A DNA stretch of 11,011 bases, from contig NW_021827231.1 in NCBI RefSeq assembly GCF_006345805.1, positions 1 to 11,011 on the forward strand, written 5' to 3'. Each line of letters begins with the position of its first letter. The first letter of the stretch is position 1. This stretch comes from Octopus sinensis (Eukaryota). Positions 1-7,651 of the stretch are shown here, piece after piece. The notes beneath the pieces were generated by a model. It was not told the DNA's origin. It was given only the letters and a program-made list of their open reading frames with translations, and did not search any database. The position numbers and the translations under genes were made by a program.

Positions 1-245
1 GCGCACTCCTACAGCTTGACAATGTCTCAGCAAACACTACCAACGTGACCAAACGCAAACTTGAGGTAGATGAGGAGCTGGAAATTCTGCCCCACCCTGC
101 CTACACCCTGCTCTTGCACCATCAAATCCCTACCTTTTCCAAGTCATGACTCATTTCCTGCACGGACAGAGGCTAAAAAATGACTGAGGTTGGAAACTGG
201 TGCAGGAAGATTTTCGCTTCTAAACAAGCCAAGTGCTATAATTGA
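1..245 (+). mobile_element. Degenerate mariner (Tc1/mariner) transposase C-terminal fragment, truncated by the window edge
   Basis: Frame 3 reads LLQLDNVSANTTNVTKRKLE..LEILPHPAYT. After a frameshift it continues PALAPSNPYLFQVMTHFLHGQRLKN* and then IFASK. This matches the mariner HDNA...LPHPPYSPDLAPSD.HLF...FFASK region. Contains frameshifts and a stop. Confidence 0.8.
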
Positions 246-262
246 GCTTTTGGGAATATAGA

Positions 263-649
263 CTCTTTACTCTTTTTACTCTTTTACTTGTTTCAGTCAT
301 TTTACTGTGGCCATGCTGAAGCGCTGCCTTTAGTCGAGCAAATCGACCCAGGACTTATTCTTTGTAATCCTAGTACTTAAGTTACGGGGACGTAAACACA
401 CCACCATCGGTTGTCAAGCGATGTTTGGGGGACAAACACAGACACACAAACATACACACAAACACATACACATACATATATATACATATATCCGACGGGC
501 TTCTTTCAGTTTCCGTCTACCAAATCTATTCACAAGGCTTTGGTCGGCCCGAGGCTATAGTAGAAGACACTTGCCCAAGGTGCCACTCAGTGGGACTGAA
601 CCCGGAACCATGTGGTTGGTAATCAAGCTACTTACCACACAGCCACTCC
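263..649 (-). mobile_element. tRNA-derived SINE, family B (head GGAGTGGCTGTGTGGTAAG, internal CA/TA microsatellite, AAAAGAGT-repeat tail)
   Basis: The minus strand has an A-box-like TGGCTGTGTGG and a B-box-like GGTTCAGTCCC. Body and tail are homologous to 8612-9033 and 10154-10416. The tail ends in short tandem repeats at 263-290. Confidence 0.85.
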
Positions 650-920
650 TGATAATAAATAGCGACAGAAGTTGTATCAATACAAAAAAAAATATTTATC
701 TCTCACTTAAAGTCGATGTTGTATTAGAACACAGAATACTGCGTTATTTACCACGAGAGAGCCTCTCGTACGGATTCGTGGTGCATAGAAGCACACGCGA
801 TTATATCGCTGGCGGGCGATAACCGTCCGCTATGGCATCCAGAACAGTCAGTTCACTGGATTTCGGCTTTTTTGGGGCCTCATCATTGACAGACGTCCGT
901 GGATAGAAATACACATATTT

Positions 921-973
921 GTGTGTGTGTGTGCATAGGTATGAATATACGTGTGCGTGTGTGTGAGAGAGTG

Positions 974-1025
<52 letters not shown>

Positions 1026-1029
1026 TATA
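921..1029. repeat. (TG)n/(TA)n compound microsatellite
   Basis: Direct reading; (TA)n run at about 978-1020. Confidence 0.95.
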
Positions 1030-1398
1030 TCTCTCTCTATATAAACGGCAGTTTGTCTGTGCGTTTTCTGTGTGTCTGTTTTCTCGTACCCTCACTTGAC
1101 CACGGCTTTCAACGATTCTGATGAAACTTGACACACACATAGCCAATGTCATAATTCAAAACTAACGCCAGCGAAAATTTTGAAAAGTTCCCCCAGTTCT
1201 GAAAAAAATCGATAAATTCGACATGGGGTCGAGAATCAGAAACCCAAACCACAGACCGTCTAGGGGACGCAACTCCACCTTTTTTAACTCTCAAAAAATT
1301 TACCATCATTTTTTTCCCATTTTTTTGCTATAACTCTCTAAAAATGCTTTATAGTTATTTCCCTTACAAACCTGAGCAACGCCGGGCGATACTGCTAG
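1030..1398 (+). mobile_element. Probable non-autonomous Helitron (369 bp)
   Basis: Starts A|TC (TCTCTCTCTATATAAAC...GTTTGTCTGT). Ends with a degenerate GC-rich hairpin CCTGAG-CAAC-GCCGGG (1371-1386) about 8 nt before CTAG|T (1395-1399). Sits between A and T with no TSD, as Helitrons do. Confidence 0.65.
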
Positions 1399-1419
1399 TA
1401 TATATATATATGTACGTAC

Positions 1420-1491
<72 letters not shown>

Positions 1492-1522
1492 TATATATAT
1501 GTATATATATATAATATATATT

Positions 1523-1606
<84 letters not shown>
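1399..1606. repeat. Long interrupted (TA)n microsatellite
   Basis: Direct reading; source of the YIYI ORF artefacts. Confidence 0.95.
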
Positions 1607-1615
<9 letters not shown>

Positions 1616-2015
1616 GCACATGTTCACAGCTATACAGCTATATATTTTAGTATATATTATCACTCTAATTGCGGTTATTTTTCACTTTTCACGCAATCCT
1701 CTCAAAAATCGATTCACACGATAAAAGTCTTCTCAATATAATTATGAAATATTTTTCCATATAATTATTACAGCAGCTCCTGCCTCTAAATACTTTTAAA
1801 TTGTAATTTTAATATCGATTTTCCGGCTTAAAGAACACTCGCAAAGTTATTTGCATAACAAATTGCACTTGTGTTTTGATATTGCAGATTTTCTGTATAT
1901 TATCGGCTTCTGTGCTGTGATATATATACAACCCGCATGGCTGGAATGCCTTTGATCATAGACTCGCCAAGTCATTGCAGAGCCGGGGGCTAAACATCAA
2001 CCTTATAAAAATTAA

Positions 2016-2105
2016 TCAGAAGGAGCCTCTGGGCAATCACCCACTCTGATAAAAATAGCAGCCAATTTTCCTCGAGTCAGAAGGAGCCTCAATGCAATCA
2101 CACAC
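2016..2105 (+). repeat. Short direct duplication, period 61 bp (TCAGAAGGAGCCTC...GCAATCAC.CACT x2)
   Basis: The copies start at 2016 and 2077. Confidence 0.7.
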
Positions 2106-2107
2106 TG

Positions 2108-2520
2108 CTGGCAGAATCGTTAGCACGCCGGACGAAATGCGTAGCCGTATTTCGTCTGCCGTTACGTTCTGAGTTCAAATTCCGCCGAGGTCGACTTTGC
2201 CTTTCATCCTTTCGTGGTCGATTAAATAAGTACTTGTTACGCACTGGGGTCGATATAATCGACTTAATCCGTTTGTCTGTCCTTGTCTGTCCTCTCTGTG
2301 TTTAGCCCTGGGGGGGTAGTAAAGAAATAGATATTTCGGCCGCCTACGTTCTGAGTTCAAATGAGTTCAACATTCGCCGAGGTCAACTTGCCTAGCATCT
2401 TCACGGGTTCGATTAAATAAGTACTAGTTACGCACTGGGGTCGATATAATCGACTTAATCCGTTTGTCTGTCCTTGTTTGTCCTCTCTGTGTTTAGCCCC
2501 TTGTGGGTAGTAAAGAAATA
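2108..2520 (+). mobile_element. tRNA-derived SINE family A, tandem dimer (near-full copy 2108-2330 plus 5'-truncated copy 2332-2520)
   Basis: Head CTGGCAGAATCGTTAGC and B-box-like GAGTTCAAATTCC. The body/tail GGGGTCGATATAATCGACTTAATCCG...TAAAGAAATA is present twice. Homologous to copies at 4677, 8411, 9838 and 10075. Confidence 0.9.
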
Positions 2521-2694
2521 CAGATATACAACACACATTTGCCATCCTCTTTGCAATTCCGCTGAGCAAGAGATCACGCGAATATATCCGTTTGTGTACA
2601 TCAGAGTACCAGCAATACAATGTGTCCAAGGGAGAGTATATTGTATGTTATATCTACTTCTGTATTTGATTATTTTCAAATGTGTCTTCATATT

Positions 2695-3003
2695 GGAGGC
2701 GCAATGGCCCAGTGGTTAGGGCAGCGGACTCGCGGTCGAGGGATCGCGGTTTCGATTCCCAGACCAGGCGTTGTGAGTGTTTATTGAGCGAAAACACCAA
2801 AAGCTCCACGAGCCTCTGGCAGGAGGGTGGTGGCGATCCCTGCTGTACTCTTTCATCACATCTTTCTCTCACTCTTTCTTCTGTTGGCCTGCTCGCTTAG
2901 CCAGCGGGGTGGCGTCACTTGAAGGCTAAAGCAATGCAAAGCGCATTGTGACCAGCGATGTGTAGCAACATCTGATAGCCTGGTCGGTCACGTGATCATG
3001 TGA
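2695..3003 (+). mobile_element. tRNA-derived SINE family C
   Basis: A box TGGCCCAGTGG, B box GTTTCGATTCC. The tail (GAAGGCTAAA...CACGTGATCATGTGA) recurs inverted at 7652-7745. Confidence 0.85.
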
Positions 3004-3380
3004 CCTTCATATTAATTGTATTTGTACAATTTATAGCAAAGTCTCTCCTCTGCTCATATATTCTTCATAATTTACCCGGTGGAAACCGGTGTGGAAATGT
3101 AAAACACATGATACAAACTACACAAAGAAAAGAAGTATATATAAGATTCGACAAAAAGGTCCATCACAACAGCTTTATTGAATGTATGTTATACAGGCTC
3201 GTCAATTGTCCATAAACACAGTAGCATAACTCTACTTTGCCGACCGAGCCTAACGTTCTGAATGTTAAACATACGTAACTGACGTATCTTGTAACTCGGC
3301 CTCTGATTAAATCTATTGCACAGATGCGCACAACGACATTGTTCGAGAATATATTGAAACCCTTCCCAGATAAATCATAA

Positions 3381-3519
3381 CGTCCCCAAAGTCCACCCCC
3401 TCCTCACCTTGGTGGGGACGCTGGCAACGGGTAGTGTCAGAGCTATGCCGTCGGGAACTTCGGTTCCTGGTAGGGCCACCCATGGCGGATTGGTCTGACA
3501 TCAAGTGGTTGATGATGAT
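3381..3519 (+). mobile_element. RTE-clade LINE 5'UTR-like fragment / bipartite non-autonomous RTE ending in (GAT)n
   Basis: The motif order CACCTT..GGTGG...GAGCTATGCCGT...TAGGGCCACCCA..GGCGGA..GGTC resembles the conserved 5'UTR of BovB/Rex3-type RTEs as I recall it (not aligned). Short tandem tail GATGATGAT. Confidence 0.55.
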
Positions 3520-3537
3520 CGTAGTGACCGTGGAGAT

Positions 3538-3676
3538 GGTAGTAGTGGTAGTAGTAGTAGTAGTAGTAGTAGTAGCAGCAGCAGCAGTACCAGTAGTAGT
3601 AGTAGTAGTAGTAGTAGCAGCAGTACCAGTAGTAGTAGTAGTAGTAGTAGTAGCAGCAGCAGCAGCAGTACCAGTA

Positions 3677-3721
<45 letters not shown>

Positions 3722-3782
3722 CAGCAGCAGCAGTACCAGTAGTAGTAGTAGTAGTAGCAGCAGCAGCAGCAGCAGCAGTACC

Positions 3783-3820
<38 letters not shown>

Positions 3821-3912
3821 CAGCAGCAGCAGCAGCAGCAGTACCAGTAGTAGTAGTAGCAGCGGCAGCAGAAGTAGTAGTAGTAGTAGTTGTAGTAGTA
3901 GTAGTAGTAGTG
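3538..3912. repeat. Compound trinucleotide microsatellite with higher-order unit (TAG)n(CAG)m-TAC-CAG
   Basis: Six CAGTACCAG junctions separate variable TAG and CAG runs. There is a one-base phase slip near 3677. Confidence 0.95.
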
Positions 3913-3942
3913 ATTGTACACCGTTTCGACGTCGCCATTTTT

Positions 3943-3952
3943 TTTATTTATT
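3943..3952 (-). terminator. Candidate polyadenylation signal (two overlapping AATAAA) of the claudin-like gene
   Basis: TTTATT at 3943-3948 and 3947-3952 on +, about 35-40 nt past the stop codon. The hexamer is common in AT-rich DNA, so support is weak. Confidence 0.35.
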
Positions 3953-3985
3953 TGGGCCTAGTTCACAAAAGGGCCATGCGAATGT

Positions 3986-4203
3986 TCACTGAAAGTCTTC
4001 GACGATAATATTTCTGAGTTCTATGGAGATGCAGACTCCACTAATGGTTGATAGAATCGTGGAGACAATGGCGGCCGTGAAAGACCATGAGAGTCTTAGC
4101 GGAAGTCGTTTCTCGTCCTTGCCCAGATGAAGTTCCGTGACATCATCTGTGTGATGATGGACTTTTACGGAGAACACAATCATTGTCATGATTTGGAGAC
4201 TCA
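3986..4203 (-). CDS. Exon 3 (terminal) of PMP22/EMP/claudin-superfamily tetraspan protein: end of TM3, ECL2, TM4, short tail
   Basis: Acceptor tttattttcag|TG, phase 1, matching the exon 2 donor. Reads (V)SLQIMTMIVFSVKVHHHTDD...LSWSFTAAIVSTILSTISGVCISIELRNIIVEDFQ*. The SWSF before TM4 matches the claudin-like (Y/L)(G/S)W(S/A)F motif. Confidence 0.9.
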
Positions 4204-4334
4204 CTGAAAATAAACAAATAAACAAACAAATTATTAATAACTACATTAATTAATTAATTGATTAGTTAATTAATTAATTAATTGATAGATAAAGGTAAAA
4301 TGCAAATTTAGAAAGTGGGAGATCGATTACACAC

Positions 4335-4508
4335 GCATATATATATGTATATTTGTATATATGCATATGTGAGTGTATATAGAGATACATATATACATAT
4401 ACGTGTGTATGTATATATGTGTACCTGTATGTGTGTATGTATGCATGCATGATATACATGTGTATTTTATGTGTATACATACATACGTACATATACACAT
4501 ATATACGT
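4335..4508. repeat. Degenerate TA/TG/CA low-complexity microsatellite
   Basis: Direct reading. Confidence 0.9.
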
Positions 4509-4676
4509 AGTTAATCCAAACAGGAAAACACAAAGAGAAAACACAACAACGCGAGGACGTGGAACAAGTATAGTGTTATTGGATGCTCAGGAAAGGAAAG
4601 AAAGAAGGAGGATTTAACGTTTCGAGCGGAGCTCTTCGTCAGAAATATAGGAAAAGGAAAGATCCAAGGAAGAGAA
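4509..4676 (-). mobile_element. Penelope-like-element (PLE) pLTR-type fragment carrying a minimal hammerhead
   Basis: The reverse complement is closely similar over about 155 bp to 10466-10620 and related to the arms at 7114-7490. Contains CTGACGA-A-GAGCTCCGCTC-GAAACGTT. Confidence 0.7.
4612..4646 (-). ncRNA. Minimal type I hammerhead ribozyme motif (intact core)
   Basis: Stem I AUUU/AAAU, core CUGACGA, extra A, stem II GAGC-UCC-GCUC, GAAA, palindromic stem III ACGU, cleavage triplet GUU. Confidence 0.65.
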
Positions 4677-4898
4677 GGCGGCGAGCTGGCAGAACCGTTA
4701 GCACGCCGGGCGAAGTGCGTAGCCGTATTTCGTCTGCCGTTACGTTCTGAATTCAAATTCCACCGAGGAAGCTGAGTTCAAATTCCGCCTTTCATCCTTT
4801 TGGAGTCAATAAAATAAGAACCTGTTGAGCACTGTGATCGATGTAATCCACTTACCCCGTCCCTGGGACATGCTGGTCTGGCGCCAAAATTCGAAACC
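4677..4898 (+). mobile_element. SINE family A copy with internal duplication of the B-box segment
   Basis: Head GGCGGCGAGCTGGCAGAACCGTTAGC. TCTGAATTCAAATTCCACC is followed by GCTGAGTTCAAATTCCGCC. Confidence 0.85.
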
Positions 4899-4928
4899 AA
4901 ATTAAGATTGGATTGAATTAAAATACGT

Positions 4929-5433
4929 TTATACTTTTAGTATTCAAGCTGGCAAAATCCAACCAAAATATTCTACCTGTTTTATATTCAAAAGTGGAGA
5001 CGCGTGGCTTAGTGGTTAGGGTGTCAGCATCATGATCGTAAGATTGGGGTTTCGATTCCTGGACCGGGCAACGCGTTGTGTTCTTGAGCAAAACACTTCA
5101 TTTCACGTTGCTCCAGTCCACTCAGCTGGCAAATATGAGTAACGCTGCAATGGACTGGCGTCCCGTCCAGGTGGGAAACACATACGCCATAGAAACCGGA
5201 AAACCGGGTCCATGAGCCTGGCTAGACTTTAAGAGGGCGCATTTATTATATTTTATTTTATATTCAAACCGGCCAAATCTGGTCCACTCACAACAAGTCT
5301 ACAATATATTTCTAAAAATTAACCATTAGCTCATCAAAACCTCAAAGCTGCGAGATAATGCATGACTTATTCAAAACAATATGAATAAATTAGTTTCACT
5401 TTTAAAGAAATAATTTAAGTGCTAAAGGGTTAA
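4929..5433. mobile_element. piggyBac-like MITE (TTAACCCTTT termini), interrupted by SINE D
   Basis: Right end GTGCTAAAGGG-TTAA. The left end TTATACTTTTAGTATT is a degenerate match to TTAACCCTTTAGCACT. The host sequence rejoins when the SINE and one TSD copy are removed. Confidence 0.6.
4993..5255 (+). mobile_element. tRNA-derived SINE family D with 13-bp TSD
   Basis: A box TGGCTTAGTGG, B box GTTTCGATTCC, CORE-like TTCTTGAGCAAAACACTT. The central ATGGACTGGCGTCCCGTCCAGG...AGAAACCGG resembles widely shared SINE body domains (MetaSINE-like, from memory). TSD TTTTATATTCAAA at 4980-4992 and 5256-5268. Confidence 0.85.
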
Positions 5434-5455
5434 CACATCTGTCTTTAGTAAAGTG

Positions 5456-6020
5456 TTGGGTTGTCCGGAAAGTTCGTACTGATTTATAGTAGCTTACCTT
5501 CCGGCTTATTTTAGAACATGGTTGAGACCATAAAATAGGATTGACTACACTTCCATTTAGAGCGCACTTTAAGCTATCTTTTCGTGGAAGAAGGTTTATG
5601 TTCCTATAACCTGTGTTAATTCTGTAACCCTTTAAAATGGAAGATAAGAAAGTTCATTTTCGGCACTTGATGCTTTGGGTACCAGAAAAAAATTCCTGCA
5701 GCTCGGCTGGGATGTGATACCCCACCCTCCATATTCACCAGATATTGCTCCCTCGGATTTCCACTTATTCAGGTCTCTGCAGAATAGTCTTCATGGTAAA
5801 AATTTCAATTCCTTGAATGACGTAAAAAGATACCTTGATGAATTTTTTGCCTTTAAACCTCATCAGTTCTGGGAAGGGGGTATTTTCAAGTTAAAGGAAA
5901 GATGGAGATGCATTGTGGAACAAAATGGTTCATATTTGGTTGATTAAAAATGTAATGGTAAGTATTTATTGACCTTTTTCTTTCCTTTAAAAATCGTCAC
6001 AAACTTTCAAGACAACCCAA
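5456..6020 (+). mobile_element. Internally deleted (non-autonomous) mariner element, 565 bp
   Basis: 30-bp imperfect TIRs (TTGGGTTGTCCGGAAAGTTCGTACTGATTT at 5456-5485; inverse at 5991-6020). Flanked by TA on the right and TG on the left. Confidence 0.92.
5637..5947 (+). pseudogene. Mariner transposase remnant: N-terminus fused out of frame to C-terminus
   Basis: ATG at 5637 gives MEDKKVHFRHLML. After a junction near 5677 another frame gives TRKKFLQLGWDVIPHPPYSPDIAPSDFHLFRSL...WRCIVEQNGSYLVD* (YSPDLAPSD motif). The DNA-binding domain and the first two catalytic Asp are missing. Confidence 0.9.
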
Positions 6021-6064
6021 TAGTATGTGAGATGTGTGAAGTGTTACATGAGTTGTGTACTCAC

Positions 6065-6214
6065 CAATGAAAAAGACCAGGCAAGATATTCCAGTTATGA
6101 TTGGTCGGCATTTCTGCAACGAACGGCACGCCATAGACAATGTGTAGAGGAAGAATGCGTTGAGGTAGCAGAGTAAAGCCAAAATGGAGAATGTCTGCGA
6201 TGCCATGTTGAATC
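6065..6214 (-). CDS. Exon 2 of claudin-like gene (TM2, intracellular loop, most of TM3)
   Basis: Acceptor ctctcgtttcactatttacag|GA, donor ATTG|GTGAGT; 150 nt, phase 1-1. Reads (G)FNMASQTFSILALLCYLNAFFLYTLSMACRSLQKCRPIITGISCLVFFI. Confidence 0.9.
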
Positions 6215-6748
6215 CTGTAAATAGTGAAACGAGAGTGTCACGAAATCTAACAGCAATAGTCTTAGACATACGTAAAGAGAGAGAGGGGATGGAAATAGAG
6301 AGGGGAGGGAAAGAAAGACGGGATGGAAAGAGAGGGAAGGGAAACAAAGAAGGGGAGAGAAACGTTCAGAATAATAATTCCATCATCTTGGCTTAACAAC
6401 CCTCATCGTTTGTTTTTACTGTGTTATTCTCTTTGTTCTGTCTTTTTCTTGTTTTGTTCTTACTGTCCTGTTCTTGTTACCACTTTTACCCCCCCCCCGC
6501 AAAAAATCCCAAATTTTATTTAATTTGCTTTGCGGGAAGGACTGTTTCAACGGAGTTGCGTCTTGTCCTTACCTTCGAAAATGCGAAGTAGACGAAACAG
6601 GGACAACTGAAGAAGGGGAATATTCCTTGTGTTGTATGTCTTGTACTCTGTTTTTACGTTGTTTGAAACAAAAAGTTCGTTTTCATGTTCTTGTTTTTAG
6701 GTTTTCGTTTCTCATTGTGTTCAAGGTTTTTTTTATGTCCTGTACCCA

Positions 6749-7022
6749 TATATACATGTATATATATACATATAGATGTTGGTATGTACATATATGTATG
6801 TATATATGCATATATTTATATATATATAATAACATAAATAATATATATATATGCATGTATATATATACATATATATATATGTTGGTATGTACATATATGT
6901 ATGTATATATGCATATATTTATATATTATTTATATCATTATACATATATATATAATATAAATAATATATAAATATATGCATGTATATATATACATATAGA
7001 TGTTGTATGTACATATAGTATG

Positions 7023-7112
<90 letters not shown>

Positions 7113-7113
7113 T
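6749..7113. repeat. TA-rich compound microsatellite with higher-order triplication
   Basis: TGTTG(G)TATGTACATATA blocks at about 6777, 6880 and 7001, followed by a pure (TA)n run. Confidence 0.9.
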
Positions 7114-7208
7114 ATAGTCAATTTAAATAAACACAATTCAAATAAAAAATTAACATGAGGACGTGCGCAAGGCATGTATTAACTTGATGCTCGGTGAAAG
7201 GAGAGAAA

Positions 7209-7241
7209 TTGACATTTCGAGCCGTAGCTCTTCGTCGGAAA
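7209..7241 (-). ncRNA. Minimal hammerhead motif, U4C core variant
   Basis: UUU-CCGACGA-A-GAGC-UACG-GCUC-GAAA-UGUC-AA. Confidence 0.5.
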
Positions 7242-7346
7242 GGAGAAAGGGAAAAGTTCAAATATGGAGAAGGAATGGCCAACGGCACACGTGTAGTTAC
7301 ATTTGGCGATTTCTTCTTCACCTTCTTTGGACTTTTCCCTATCTCC

Positions 7347-7379
7347 TTTCCGACGAAGAGCTACGCTCGAAACGTCAAG
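7347..7379 (+). ncRNA. Minimal hammerhead motif, U4C core variant
   Basis: UUU-CCGACGA-A-GAGC-UAC-GCUC-GAAA-CGUC-AAG; palindromic ACGU stem III, GUC triplet. Confidence 0.5.
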
Positions 7380-7651
7380 TTCTCTCCTTTCACCGAGCGT
7401 CAAACTAATACATGTCTTGTGAATGCCCTCATGCTCGTTTTATTTTCGTTTTCTTTTCGCTTGAATTGTTTGTTTATTTGAATTGACTATTTTCTGCACG
7501 CTCCCACGGACTGTCCTTGTCCTTCCGACTGTTTTGGAGTACCTGATTCATGGGTTTCTTAATCTACCCTTGGATTACGTTACCTTTTAATTCATTCGGA
7601 GTACGTCGTTTCTGCACCTTCAATCTATCTATCTATCTGTCGATATATATA

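Larger units (their letters stand above)
7114..7490. mobile_element. Foldback of two inverted PLE-type hammerhead-bearing units
   Basis: Core arms 7173-7262 and 7326-7414 are reverse complements with 7 mismatches and 1 indel in 90 nt. Gapped homology extends out to ATAGTCAAT (7114) and ATTGACTAT (7490). Confidence 0.85.

Noticed and set aside
710-822. Tail of the 133-aa ORF as an exon
   Set aside because: Most of the ORF is antisense SINE B; the remainder has no recognisable motif and overlaps a hairpin-rich region.
883-1663. YIYI-rich ORFs
   Set aside because: (TA)n microsatellite artefacts.
1849-1856. POU octamer ATTTGCAT
   Set aside because: A single 8-mer is expected by chance in 11 kb of AT-rich DNA.
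1890-1958. Possible plus-strand terminal exon (ttgcag|..FLYIIGFCAVIYIQPAWLECL*)
   Set aside because: Plausible acceptor, but only 22 codons with no recognisable homology or partner exon.
2695-2770. SINE heads (also 4996-5070) as genuine tRNA genes
   Set aside because: A and B boxes are present, but there is no closing acceptor stem and each continues into a SINE body.
3313-4008. Long ORFs (202, 167, 145 and 82 aa) with poly-T/V/S/Y/L/A tracts
   Set aside because: Translation of the trinucleotide array; no codon complexity or splice context.
5675-5947. 90-aa transposase ORF as a functional gene
   Set aside because: Only the C-terminal fragment of an internally deleted mariner; out of frame with the native ATG.
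6600-6640. CTGAAGA-A-GGGG-AATAT-TCCT as a hammerhead
   Set aside because: Core 1 and a stem II are present, but there is no downstream GAAA, stem III or NUH. The surrounding 6400-6750 looks like an unclassified repeat that I cannot name.
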